DNA of 63,526 nt, the filler included, from Stramenopiles sp. TOSAG23-3 (taxonomy: Eukaryota): NCBI GenBank assembly GCA_900128585.1. It is 12 parts of 12 records of this genome, joined end to end, with 100 filler letters (N's around TTAATTAATTAA, not from the genome) between each part and the next. Parts side by side here need not be neighbours in the genome. Positions count along the whole stretch, not along the records: positions 42,485 to 47,671 come from LT643583.1; positions 47,772 to 52,957 come from LT643584.1; positions 53,058 to 58,242 come from LT643585.1; 9 more parts are not named here. One strand, given 5' to 3'. The stretch's first letter is position 1; each line of letters opens with the position of its first letter. Both the position numbers and the translations under genes were made by a program. This document shows, piece after piece, positions 44,223 to 55,636 of the stretch. The notes beneath the pieces are model-generated. The model did not search any database, was not told where the DNA came from, and was given only the letters and a program-made list of their open reading frames with translations.

Positions 44223-45077
44223 ATGCTTAGAGTTTTATCAGTAGCGTTGCTTGCGTGCCTTGTTGCTGCGGCAATGGCCGACGCCCCGGCGGAGGTAGAG
44301 AACACTCTGAACGCCGCAACCGACGACGCCGTGAAGATGGCGAAGAAAGCTACCAAGGCTGCGATCAATAGTGTGAAGGGCGGCGCGGGCAAAGTGTCCG
44401 CGGACGTCAGCCTAGACGAGGCGGAAGAGGAAGCCATCAAGGCGGACATCGTCCCCGCCGCCGTTACCAGCGGCACGGCGAGCACCGGGGGCACCGGGGC
44501 GACAGGAAGCACCGGCGCGACGGGCGCCACGGGGGCCGCCCGATTGTGGTACTTTGCCCCAAGCTGCAACGGCCGCGGCCACCTTCACCGGGAAAGCCAA
44601 AAGTGTCAGTGCCAGCGCAGGCACGGGGGGCAAGCGTGCCAGTACAAACGGTTGAACACGGGCCCGTACAGCCACCACCTTGGCCGGACCGAAAAACACG
44701 GGCGGTACGTGGGGCAGTCCATGTGCTTGAACGGGACCCCGCTGGGCGAAGACGATTGCGTCTGCAACCCAGGGTGGGCGGGCTACCATTGCGATAAACG
44801 AGAGTGCAAGAACGGCCGATGGACCTGCGGGAAGAGCGGAAAGTACTGCAAGGTCCCCACCGTCTGCGAATGCAAGCCAGGGTTCCAGGGGAGATTCTGC
44901 TCCATTAGTATTAGTAGTCGCACGGGCTCCACGGGGGCGACGGGCGCCACCGGTGCTGCCACCGGGAGTGCAGCCACGGGCCCCAAAGCCGAGGAGTCCG
45001 TCGTAAGCCGGCCGGTGAAGCCCAAAGTGCCGAAAGAATCAGCCGAGAGGATCTTGGACAAACCCATGAAAGTTTAG
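44223..45077 (+). CDS. Secreted EGF-like-domain protein with Gly-X-Thr repeats
   Basis: Signal peptide MLRVLSVALLACLVAAAMA. EGF motifs CNGRG..CQC....GQAC, CVCNPGWAGYHC and CECKPGFQGRFC, flanked by GATGSTGATGATG tracts. Confidence 0.85.
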   Translation: MLRVLSVALLACLVAAAMADAPAEVENTLNAATDDAVKMAKKATKAAINSVKGGAGKVSADVSLDEAEEEAIKADIVPAAVTSGTASTGGTGATGSTGATGATGAARLWYFAPSCNGRGHLHRESQKCQCQRRHGGQACQYKRLNTGPYSHHLGRTEKHGRYVGQSMCLNGTPLGEDDCVCNPGWAGYHCDKRECKNGRWTCGKSGKYCKVPTVCECKPGFQGRFCSISISSRTGSTGATGATGAATGSAATGPKAEESVVSRPVKPKVPKESAERILDKPMKV

Positions 45078-45330
45078 AGAATATAAGTAAGGAGGGCAGG
45101 GAAGAAGGCGTGTAGGCAGGCGCCCGAAGGAGGGAGGTGCTTGAGGGTTTTTTAAATTAATAAACGCGAAGTAATGGCTGTTCCTGAGATAATTACCGAA
45201 CACGTTTATACATACGGCATAGAGCAACTTCAGAACCGGCTCGTACCAGGCAATCAAGTCTGAACGGTTCCTAACCGCGAAGTTTCAGAAGACAAGATTA
45301 ACATTTAACCCTTCGGGCTAAACCCTTACC

Positions 45331-47452
45331 TCAAAACCCACGCTTGACGGTATACCCAAAGGCTTGGTGGTGTGGTTTTCGATTTTGGAGTTCCCTCACT
45401 TTCTTTCGTTCCTCTTTCAACCTCCGTCGTTCGTCGACCGTTCGTGTGTGCATGAGCATGTTGGCCTTCATGAGATCTTCCTGGCGCCGTTTCTCGCGAA
45501 ACTCAGCTTCTCTAGATTTCCGGGACATGTCTCGCATAATTTCCGCTTTCTGCTCCACGGACCACAGCGCCCGCTGAAAGGTCTCCTTTTCGTTTATCTT
45601 CAGTTTGAGCAAGTTGTGCATGTCCTTGCAGGCGTTCCGGACACGTTCGAGCTCATTCTCGGTCTCTTGGACGCGCTTCTCCGCGTACAGGCGGCCCGCC
45701 CGCTCCGACGCAGCCTCGCTCTCCGCTTGGGAGAGCCGGGCCCGCATCTCTTCCAGCTCCGCGCGGCCCACGTCGTACTGCTCCTTGTACCGTGTCAGGT
45801 CGTCCCGCATGGACGTCGATAGGTACGTCTGCTTCTTCAACTCCGCGGAGAGGGATTCCCGGTCCTGCTTTGCGAGCTGCAAGTTCTCCCGGGCATTCAC
45901 GAGGCGCAGCGCGGCGTGCTCGAGCGCCCGCCGGGGGTAGAGCAGCGGCCCGACCCGTACCCCGAGCTTCGTCAGGTCCCGGGCCGTCGCCTCCGGGCCA
46001 AGCCGGTTGTACAGGGTCAGCAGCCCGTCCAGGGTCACCTGGCCTTTCGGGCTAAACTCGACGTCGTTCGCCTGGCAGAGGGCAAACAGGGTCTCGTTCG
46101 AATACCGCTCTTTGTTCCCAAGGGCCACCTGGAGCGTGTTCATCTCTCGAACGTTCAGCCCCCCGTCGTTGTCCTTGTCGAACTTGGAAAATATCTCCGC
46201 GACGCCTTCCACGACCCAGTTCGACAGGGACGGGTACAGGCGGGACTTGACGTCCCTTGCCTTCTCCCGCTCGCCGTCGTTCTGTTCGTCGCCCGGCGTC
46301 GTCATCACGCCCCGGAGCGCCTCGGCCGCGTCCGTTACTTTATCGATTTCTATCTGCAACAGTGTCACCTTGCTCCGCTCGTCCGCGAGCAAGGCCTTCA
46401 TCTGCGCCAGCTGAGAGCTGACGATGGACCCGTTCGACTGCAGCTGCAAGTTGGACTGTTCTAAATTTCGCATGCGGCGAAACAAGTTCTGTTGTGAGGG
46501 AAACGAATGTTAGTAATGTTATCCTGCAGTACAGCAGTGTGGGCAGGCAGGTGGGGCGGAGAATTGTCCAGGTAATCTACGAACCGAGTAAAATTTTTTC
46601 ACCAGGGGACCGGTCTGGAGGGAGAGAGGGAGACGGAAGCAGAAAACACACACACACACAAAAAAAAAGAAAAAGAGACGGGCAACCCATGTCGCGACGG
46701 TACTACATTAGTATACGGGAGGACAACACCCTGGTTTGACGGGCGGCGGATACTATAAAGGGAAGAGAGAGGAAAAGAGAAACAACATTGCAACTTACCT
46801 GCTTGCCACTAACGGCTTCGAGCTTTACCGTAAGCTCTTGTACGGCATTGTCCACGTCCATGTCTACGTCAAATTCGTCTGCGTCCGGTTTCACGGCAGG
46901 GGTTATCCTCAATGGTTTGCTTGGGCTCGCCATGCTGCGCGCAGGGGACGGGGGGTGCGACCGAAGGTCGTACGCCCAGCGAAGGTTGCTGGCGTTCACC
47001 GCGGCCCCGCCGCTACTGTTTCCTACGTGCTGCAGATCGTTGAAACTGTGCCGCTTTCCAGGGGACACCGATCGGCGAATCGACGGGGACGATTTGCTTG
47101 GGGTCATTTTCTTCTTCTTCTTTGACTTCTTCCCCGTCGATTTTCCCTTCCCTTTGGGCGTTTTGCGGCCCGACGTCGATTTGGGCGTCAAGAACGCTTT
47201 GGACTTTGTAGCCGTGCGTTTCTTTCCACTCCCTGGCGTCTTTGGCGCCCCAACGTTGCCGGGAGAGAACAGTTTGTTGACGGAACCGTCGATCCACTGC
47301 GTCGTGCTCTCGTCCGTCGACAAACTGTTTCTACCAATCCCCCCCCAAAGTATGGAGTGGGAATGCTGTGGGGACCCAACTTCCGAGCTGGCGTCCCGTT
47401 GGGGAGTCGACACCTTGTTCTTTCGCTTCTCATTCAAACGGTTCAACGACAT
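45331..47452 (-). CDS. Coiled-coil protein with an EF-hand; intron at 46489-46798
   Basis: Disordered basic exon 1 ends KQ|gtaagt. Branch TACTAAC and acceptor cag|NLFRRM join in frame. EF-hand FDKDNDGGLNVREM is followed by a long coiled coil. Confidence 0.8.
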
Positions 47453-47771
47453 AAGGATGATGGCGGTGGTGGTGGCGGCGGCGGCGGTGTGTGTATGCAG
47501 AAATGCCAAGGGAGTATAGATTGGTGTAAGAGTACTGCACAAAGATTCGATTGCTTTGAAGAATCGTTTATATAACGCCCTTCCCCCCTCAAAAAAATAA
47601 CCTTGTATCATCGATCGGGGAATTGGAATGGAAACGAAGCAACACCGCCGCCGGATCGATCCGTCCGTCCGNNNNNNNNNNNNNNNNNNNNNNNNNNNNN
47701 NNNNNNNNNNNNNNNTTAATTAATTAANNNNNNNNNNNNNNNNNNNNNNNNNNNNNNNNNNNNNNNNNNNN

Positions 47772-48775
47772 CCTTGGGAGCCCCCACGGCTGACGTCGGG
47801 GCCCTCCTGGCTTTTGGCCAGGCAGCCGAGCCAGGTCAAACAAGCAAAAATGTCGCAAGTCCCCTTGCTGGTCCCAAACACAATGAAAGTAAAAATCCCA
47901 ACCCCGCACGCGCTGCACACGTGCATCATGCATATCCAGTACGGCAGGCCGACCTTGGGGTCGACGTTAAAGCGGTACTCAAAGATCGTGCAAATTGTCA
48001 GGACAGTAAAAACACCAATAAAAAACACCAGGAAGAGAATGTGCCGCACCATGTAATCCACTACCGCCTTCCGTGTGTTTGGGCTGGCGTTGCCGCTGGC
48101 CCGCAGGAGCCACAGCTTCTGCAGTATTTTGTACATCATGGCAATCCCAGCCAATAGGCAGACCATCATTTCCGTCAGAAAGAACGCAAATATATTAAAG
48201 TAATCGTTCCCGTGAGACATCCAGCACACGGGGACGCCAACCTGGGGCTCCGCCGAGGTGTCGGCGAAGGGGATGACCGTCTGAAGGGTGCTCAACCCCG
48301 CCCAGAACAGGTGCGTGTAGCCTTCGTACCGCTTCAGCTCCCGAAACGACATTCCCCGGACGATCACACAATACAGCATTGAGCATATCAAAAGCCACAG
48401 CCAAAGCGTTGCGGACGCAAAGAACTGGTAAAATATCCCTTGGATCTTGCACCCCTCGCTGACTTCGTGAAACCGTATGAAACTGAAAAAATCCGTCGTC
48501 CCCGTTATGAGCCCGACGAGGACGGTCACGTGCAAACCCAACGCCATGGAAATGTACAATGTCGTCAGCCGGGACGGAAAGCTCCTTCGCTCTTTCATGA
48601 TTAAGTTTATAAGCAGCAGGGGTACCAGAAGCACGCCACTTATCGTCGAAATAACGGTCCCAATCAGCTCCAACTCATGAACTTGATGAATCGTTATCGG
48701 GAAGGGATGAGAGCCGTTCCTCGGACTGCCAAAGTCCTCCAAGGAGACGGACGATGATAGGCGAAGTGGGACCAT
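47772..48775 (-). CDS. 7TM receptor, Dictyostelium cAR/GCR1-like GPCR (3' truncated by contig end)
   Basis: Seven hydrophobic helices; RRSFPSRL after TM1, CKIQG..YQFF.SA..LW in TM3, YEGYTHLFW in TM4, and CWM in ECL2. Confidence 0.85.
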
Positions 48776-49487
48776 ACTTGGAAACAGGACAATCGGGCGA
48801 ACAAACGAGCGAACAAAACACGATGTATGTACTCTTTCCACCCACAATAGGCTATAGTTAATTACGTTACAAAATGAATTTGATCTTTTTTATGTACTAA
48901 GTGTACATACAATTTAATCTTTCCAGTAGTATAATATATTATATAATTTAAATACTGATAATAAATAATAATAAATAATAATTAATAAAAAAAAAATCTT
49001 GTTGTTTTTTTTCTTCTTCCAGTTCTTTTTCTTGTTTTTCTTCTTCTTTTCTTGTTGTTGAAGAAGATAAAAAAAAGATAAAGCAATATATAATTGTCTC
49101 TTTTACTCTCTCTCTCTATATCTATATACGTAGATACCTAATTAATATCATGTATTTTATTAATAGTTGACTATATTTAATAATATTTTAATCCCATACT
49201 ATTGCATGTTAATTTAAATTTAAATACAAATGTCGTCGTCTGTGCTACAACTATTAATACTATGATGATGATGATGATTTTTTTTTTTTTTTTAATAAAG
49301 CAGCGCAAGAAGAAGAAAGAAGAAGAAAAAAAAAGAAGAAAGAAGAAGAAGAAGCGAAGAAAAATATAAAGAAGAAGAAGAAGAAGAAAAAATTATTATT
49401 AATATTTTAGTAGTATAATAGACGACTATAAAAAATATTATTATTATTATAATAATAAATTATTATTATCGTTTGATTGATTGATTC

Positions 49488-49528
<41 letters not shown>

Positions 49529-49627
49529 CTTCTATAAAACTAATTTAGACTAAGATATGTAAATGTCGATATTTATCAGAAAGAGAGGTGCGTGTCGTGT
49601 TTAAATGTGTGTGGGTATAGATAGAAG

Positions 49628-50608
49628 ATGGTCCGGGTGCTTTTCATACGGCATGGGATGACCAAGTCCAACCTGCGCGCAATTCGTGCGGTGATTCAAG
49701 TTGCAAAAGGAAACGTTCGTATGGAAGACGTGATGGAGTACGAAGAAGAACTGATGAAAGACGAGGACGAGTCGGAGTGGTCTGGGGATACAATGCTATC
49801 GGATATTGGCGAGATGGAAGCGGAGAGTCTCGGCCTGTACTGGGAGGAAGTGCTGCGGAAAAAATTGGAAGCGTCTGCCGACATGTGGTTTTTTGTTTCC
49901 CCAATGCAGCGCTGCCTGCAAACCATAGACCCGCTCATGAAAAGGCTGGGGGGCCTGTCGAACGGAACCGTTCACTTCAACATTTTTGAATCGCCAGGAC
50001 TTTGCCACAAAAAAGACCAGGAGTTTGTGAAAGGCACGATTCAGCCACTCCTAGAGAAGGGTGAGGTGGATCGCGCGCGGAAGCTGCAATCGTCGCACGA
50101 ATTTCGACCGTGCGGGCTATCGCAAGCAGAGATTTTGAAACAATTTCCGTGGGTAAAGGCCTTTGCTGGGTTTCCAGGGGACGGGCAACCATGGTATACT
50201 GGTTCCAACGGGCTCCAAGGGTACCAAAGCAAAGAAGCGACCGACGCAAGGGTCCAGAAGTTTGTCCAATTTCTGTACAAGCTGAGCGAAGAGTTGCCAG
50301 AGACGGATACCTGCGTGTTTGTCAGCCATGGGGACTTTCTGGCCCTCGCAATCGGCCAACTGATGGGCACCTCGAAGCTTCGCTTTAGCTTGCTGAACAC
50401 GTCCGTCTCCTCGCTAAAGATAGCCCGTAATGCCGTGACGGTGGAATACCTGAATAGAGTCGATCATCTGGACTTTGCGAGACGAATGAAGCTGTACGAG
50501 TCCATGGGGTTGAGGCAGGGAGCCAAGAGAAGGGTTGACATTGGCAAGCTAATGAGCGGCTACAAATTCCACGATACACTGTACGGGAAATTCCTCAGCA
50601 AGCTTTGA
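49628..50608 (+). CDS. Histidine phosphatase (PGAM superfamily) with C-terminal SKL
   Basis: FIRHG, VSPMQRCLQT, FVSHG, NTSVS and LNRVDHL. Ends -SKL (PTS1). Confidence 0.9.
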   Translation: MVRVLFIRHGMTKSNLRAIRAVIQVAKGNVRMEDVMEYEEELMKDEDESEWSGDTMLSDIGEMEAESLGLYWEEVLRKKLEASADMWFFVSPMQRCLQTIDPLMKRLGGLSNGTVHFNIFESPGLCHKKDQEFVKGTIQPLLEKGEVDRARKLQSSHEFRPCGLSQAEILKQFPWVKAFAGFPGDGQPWYTGSNGLQGYQSKEATDARVQKFVQFLYKLSEELPETDTCVFVSHGDFLALAIGQLMGTSKLRFSLLNTSVSSLKIARNAVTVEYLNRVDHLDFARRMKLYESMGLRQGAKRRVDIGKLMSGYKFHDTLYGKFLSKL

Positions 50609-50815
50609 GTGAGGAGAGAGAAGTAAGAAAATGTGTCTGGTACGAAGCACATTATTTTTTCCGTAAAACACAATTTTTTTTCTCGCTGTTTAAAATAACA
50701 GTAGTAACAATATTGCTAGCACAGAGAAAGGGGAGCATTACATTAGAGTCGTAATTGCCAGTGGTTCGACTCGGGGGCATCTCCTGAACCTCTTCTTGCT
50801 CCCCTTTCCTATATG

Positions 50816-51760
50816 TTACAACTCTGTCCGCTGCCTTGCACTCGCCGTGCCCGTTCCACCCGCTTGCGGGTCAAGCCCGGGAATCCCTGGCAGCGACACC
50901 CCGTGCATTCTCAAAAATTCCCTAGCCGTAATTTTCTGGGTCGGCATTTGTGAGTCCAAATTGCCACCGGCCATGATCAATTGCATCAAAATCGTTTTCC
51001 CCCTTTCGGTCCGGGAGTGGGCGGCGGCCATGTGGACGGCCGTGAGCCCGACGTGGTTCGCATGGTTGACGTTCACCCTGTCCCTGTACCTTGTTATCAT
51101 TTCCACGGCAGCCACGTTTTTCTTCTCCACCGCGAGAAGCAAGGGCGTCATGCCCCCCGGGCCCACAACGTTCAAATCCGCGCCATGCTCGATTAGAATC
51201 CTCAATATCTCGATGCTCTCACTTTCCTTGTGAATAATGCAGCGGAATACGGGCGTGTAACCGTCCGAATGGGGAAGGTTCACGTTGACGTGCTCGTGAT
51301 CCAAGAGCGCCCTCAGCGACCCGGCGTGGCCCAACATGGTGACGGCGTGCACTGGCGTCAAGCCTGATTTCTCACGTATCTCTGGGTCGGCGCCTGCGTG
51401 CATTAGGTAATCGATTGCGGCCGGGTGGTTGTACAGCGCTGCGGTCATCAACGCCGACTGACGGTGGGCATGGTGGCTGCGGTAGTTGATGTCGATATGG
51501 TTCCCCCTGCGCAAGTCAATAAGGGCGTTCACGTCGCCCTTCCTGGCCGCCTCGATAAACTCCTCGTGAGCGTTCCTATGCTCCATCGGCGACATGACTT
51601 TCGGTTTTTTGTGATGGTACTCTTGTGGAGTTTTCGGGTGGTGCGGCCCGTTCGTGAAACCAAACGTACGCGTCACCCCAAGAACGGAAAATATGCAGAC
51701 CACCGCGAACAGCGTCGTCCGGGCGGCCCCTACCCGTGCCAATATATTCTTCAGCGGCAT
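50816..51760 (-). CDS. Ankyrin-repeat protein with N-terminal signal/anchor and C-terminal RTEL
   Basis: About six ankyrin repeats (QSALMTAA, GLTPVHA, GYTPVF, GMTPLLLAV, GLTAVHMAA). Hydrophobic TTLFAVVCIFSVLGV. Ends RTEL. Confidence 0.88.
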   Translation of the reverse strand: MPLKNILARVGAARTTLFAVVCIFSVLGVTRTFGFTNGPHHPKTPQEYHHKKPKVMSPMEHRNAHEEFIEAARKGDVNALIDLRRGNHIDINYRSHHAHRQSALMTAALYNHPAAIDYLMHAGADPEIREKSGLTPVHAVTMLGHAGSLRALLDHEHVNVNLPHSDGYTPVFRCIIHKESESIEILRILIEHGADLNVVGPGGMTPLLLAVEKKNVAAVEMITRYRDRVNVNHANHVGLTAVHMAAAHSRTERGKTILMQLIMAGGNLDSQMPTQKITAREFLRMHGVSLPGIPGLDPQAGGTGTASARQRTEL

Positions 51761-51949
51761 GAATGATGATGTTGATGGTTCAAGAACCAAGGAAACAAAA
51801 AGCACGTATTGAAACTCCTTCCTCTTTGTTATCAAATGCTACTTGGATAGTAAAACGTAAATAAAAATAAACCACTACTATCTAACTAATTCCACCATGG
51901 CATGGAAATTGGGAAGAAAATCTAATTAAAAAAAAACTCTATATTTTCA

Positions 51950-52330
51950 TTCTTCATCATTCATCATCATCACATCTCTCTTCTTCTCCTCCTCCTCCTC
52001 GCTTTCTTCTTTTTTATCTTCTTTTTTTTTTATATCATATCTTCTTCTATCTTTTATTATCTTCTTTTATCTCTTCTTCTTTTATCTTCTTCTTTCTTCT
52101 TCTTCTTTTATCTTCTTCTTCTCTCTCTCTTTCTTCCTTTTATCTTCTTCTTTTATCTTTCTTCTTCTTCTTTTATCTTCTTCTCTCTTCTCTCTTCTCT
52201 CTCTCTCTTCTTTTATCTTCTTCTTTTATCTTCTTCTTTTTTTATCTTCTTCTTTTATCTCTCTTCTTTTATCTTCTTCTTCTCTCTCTCTCTTCTTCTT
52301 TTATCTTTCTTCTCTTTCTTCTTCTCCTCT
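51950..52330 (+). repeat. Polypyrimidine microsatellite (CTT / TTTTATC units)
   Basis: About 380 bp that is almost purely C/T on the + strand. Confidence 0.95.
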
Positions 52331-52766
52331 GTCCATCTCGGTGGTGTGTGTGTGATATAGTAATAATATAGAGGGAGAAGACATGTGAGAGTGAGAGAGT
52401 GTGGATCTCGATGAGATAATATTTTTACCGTACCTGTTCCTGTACCTGTATTAATACCTGTTCCTCTGTTCCTGTACGGTGAGATAATGAATGGGGAGGG
52501 AGCGAAGAAGGATATTTTGATACACCTATTTATATTATTGTTGATATTGATTGATTGATTGCTGTTCAGTAACGTTTAAGATTCAATGAAAATGTGTCTT
52601 TTCAATGTATCACACTCTGTACGTGTATATTTAATTTTCATGACACGAACAGATTTTCAATACCGTAAAACAAAAGGAGAGAAGGTAAGATTAACTTGAC
52701 TGGAGCGAGTACCGATACCCTATATATACCATACCATTCGGGGCTGCCTACGTACTAGATAGCGGA

Positions 52767-52957
52767 ATGTCTGACAGCAGCAACAGTGAGTCGGACTATT
52801 CTGATCGCTCGGGGACTGGGAGTTTTGTGGAAAAGAAGGGAGACGAAATCGCGGACGAGTTCGGTATAGAGGATGATTCGGACGCCGACCATAGCGACGG
52901 CAGCGAAGAAGAAAACAGCAGCGATTCGTCGCCGGCCAGTGCCTCGCCGAGCCCGGC
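52767..52957 (+). CDS. 5' fragment of an acidic Ser/Asp/Glu-rich protein
   Basis: ATG-initiated GC-rich ORF running into the contig end. Confidence 0.6.
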
Positions 52958-53188
52958 NNNNNNNNNNNNNNNNNNNNNNNNNNNNNNNNNNNNNNNNNNN
53001 NTTAATTAATTAANNNNNNNNNNNNNNNNNNNNNNNNNNNNNNNNNNNNNNNNNNNNTTTATTAATATTATTTTATATTTTTTACCCTTCTTTGTTATTT
53101 AGTATTGTATTACAGTTATTATTAATTAAAAAAAAAGTTAGAAGAACAACTAACTTCTTGTAATTACTTTCGCACCAATACAGCCACA

Positions 53189-55451
53189 ATGGAGTTGTCG
53201 CAAACGTTTCAAGTAATTTTCTCAAGAAGCAAAAACGGGAAACGTGTAATTAAAGTTTGATAAAGCTTAGAACCCCTCCGTAACCGTACATGTACCGGTA
53301 CCAATGTCGGTGTCGGTCTCACACCTGCTAAATATGTCGGGCAAGAAGAGGGACCCGACGAGTGTAGAGGTCCGGCATTTTGAAGAAAAGCTCTTGGAAA
53401 GAGAGACTTTACTAGAGACTAGCAGAGATGCCTTGCCTGATGAAAGTCGCGCTTCTCTGCCCACAACAGGGAGGCCCATTACCATACAAGACACGCATGC
53501 ATCCTCTTTAGAAAATTGGCTGGATGAATTTTTGTCCTCGAACCCTTCGGCCCGGAGCAATCTTGACGGAGCAAGGGCCCTTTGTAGAGTATCGGAGAGT
53601 AGTGCGGAAAAATGGCCCTCGTTGGCGCCTTTGAGAAACTATCAAAATACAAAGTACAGCAATGATTTAAGCCCAAAACGACAACGAATCACTCCCAAAA
53701 AGGTTTTACCGCAGAAATATTTTTTGACACCAATGTTTGCGCAAAAGGCCGACCATTATATGTTCAGCAAAGCGTTGAAAAAGAAATACAACCCTGCAAA
53801 CGGGCGGAGGCTGTACAAGCAAGAGAGACGTTCAAAAAGTACCAAGAAAATGGAATCTTTTACCGCTATAGATTATTTACCGGTGCCAGAACCAATCCGG
53901 AGCTCGCTGAAGGACAAAACGAAGGGGCCTAATACAGCCGCAAAAATAGTCAGTTTTAATTTGACGGAACCTTTATCGGAAGATGAAGGAATGGATGAGG
54001 ACTTGAACTTGAATGCACAGGAACTTTACCCATCTACTGATGAAAGTTCAATGCTGCACACGTCTGCACCTGTAATTTTTCCTTTGCCCCCTATTCTCCC
54101 ACCATCACAGTTTTTGGATGCTAGCATTAAATTGAACGAACCTGTTGTCATGCAGGCAGACGTATTGACTGTTTTGGGCCAACAAGATGGATTGTCGAAA
54201 ATGAAATTGTCTAAAAAGAAAATTGCAGGTAACAAGTTGCGCTGCATGATTAGGGTGGACGGGCACGCGCTGATGGTAAATCTGGTAACAAAGAAAAAGG
54301 CCGAAACGACGAAAATGATGACCCTTCACGCATCGTCTGGGCGAAAAGCGATATATATATTCCCTCGAAAGCAAAGTCTGATACAGGCCATATATAAAAC
54401 AGACTTGGAATACCCGACCCACATACACCTCGCTTTGAGGTGGGCATTGCGGGAGTTGCCTGTTCTCTTGCACGGGGCAACGATTTATGCGTCGTTTTCG
54501 GCATTAATCCATGGAATCCAAAAGCTCCCCCCTCCCCTAGTATTAAATCAGTATGCATCCCTAACGAATCGGTTGCAATCGCCACCAAATGCCGTCCCTT
54601 CCCGCCAGTCAAAAAGTCCCCTGCTAAATTTTCTTAACGAAATAGATCCACGTGGGAAAGACCTAGACGCACTCACGTCAATCGAATCTTTGGATGCACT
54701 TCGCGAACGACCAAATTCGGCCCCTGGTTACTTCAGCAATAACGATAACGCTGTTGGATCACTTACAGGTGCGGAAAAGAAAGCAGGGTTGATAGCATCC
54801 CAACATGGTTGTACTGGTGGTACGCTATCTATGGCTGGAGAGATCGAGAATAGGTGGAAAAGGTCGAACGTGCCGACAGGCGAAAAACGAACCATAGGGC
54901 GATCCAGTCCTCACCGCAATGGACCAAATCAGGGAAAGGAAATAGCTCTCAAACCGGGGCTGCTCCAGGCGTGCCCACATACGAGAATAGTAGAACCGGG
55001 GGCAGACGTTTCTGAAGAAGGTGGGGTTCCGTTCCAGGGGTACAGGGTTATGGATGTACGGGCCACTGGACGAGACGAATTTGAGGTCGTTGGGGCGTAC
55101 GATCACATCCTTGATAAACCAACGGAGAGAGACGTGTTGCTGAAAACAACAATGAAACTTCCCGACTTTACTGATCAATCATGCAGTGAATTCCGAGACT
55201 TCCAATACTATTTTGTAGAAATAATTGAGGTGGAGCACGAGCTTGTGGTCACTGCAGTAGGCGCGACGAACAAAGCGGTGGTTCAGAAAAGAGTATCAGG
55301 AAAAATTCTAGCTTCAATTTTGTCCAAAAATGCACAGTCGGGTGTGCTGTCATTGACTAGTTTAGATCCAAACGTTCCCACTATTTGCTCCCGCGTGTTG
55401 CAGTGCATTGCAACTGTGCAGGGGAAATCGTTAATGTTCCGTGACGATTAA
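53189..55451 (+). CDS. Hypothetical protein (~715-735 aa); possible 58-nt first intron at 53213-53270
   Basis: Long ORF 53304..55451. Upstream ATG 53189 followed by CAA|gtaatt...cttag|AAC splices in frame. No family recognised. Confidence 0.7.
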
Positions 55452-55636
55452 TAACAGACAGTATTCTGTTTTTAAAAGATCAGCACTTGTTCTCTGAAGA
55501 TATGTAATTTTTTAAGATAAAAAACAATATTTAATTTTTTGTTTTTGAAAGAAAGAATTCTTTTTACAGTACATACCACACCCCTTCGAAAGTGTGTTTT
55601 CAATCGCAAATTGAACAGCGCCAGGACGCCTATGCG

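Noticed and set aside
50755..50780. tRNA gene suggested by GGTTCGACTC
   Set aside because: No T-stem, anticodon arm or acceptor stem can be built. It is kept only as a structured-element finding.
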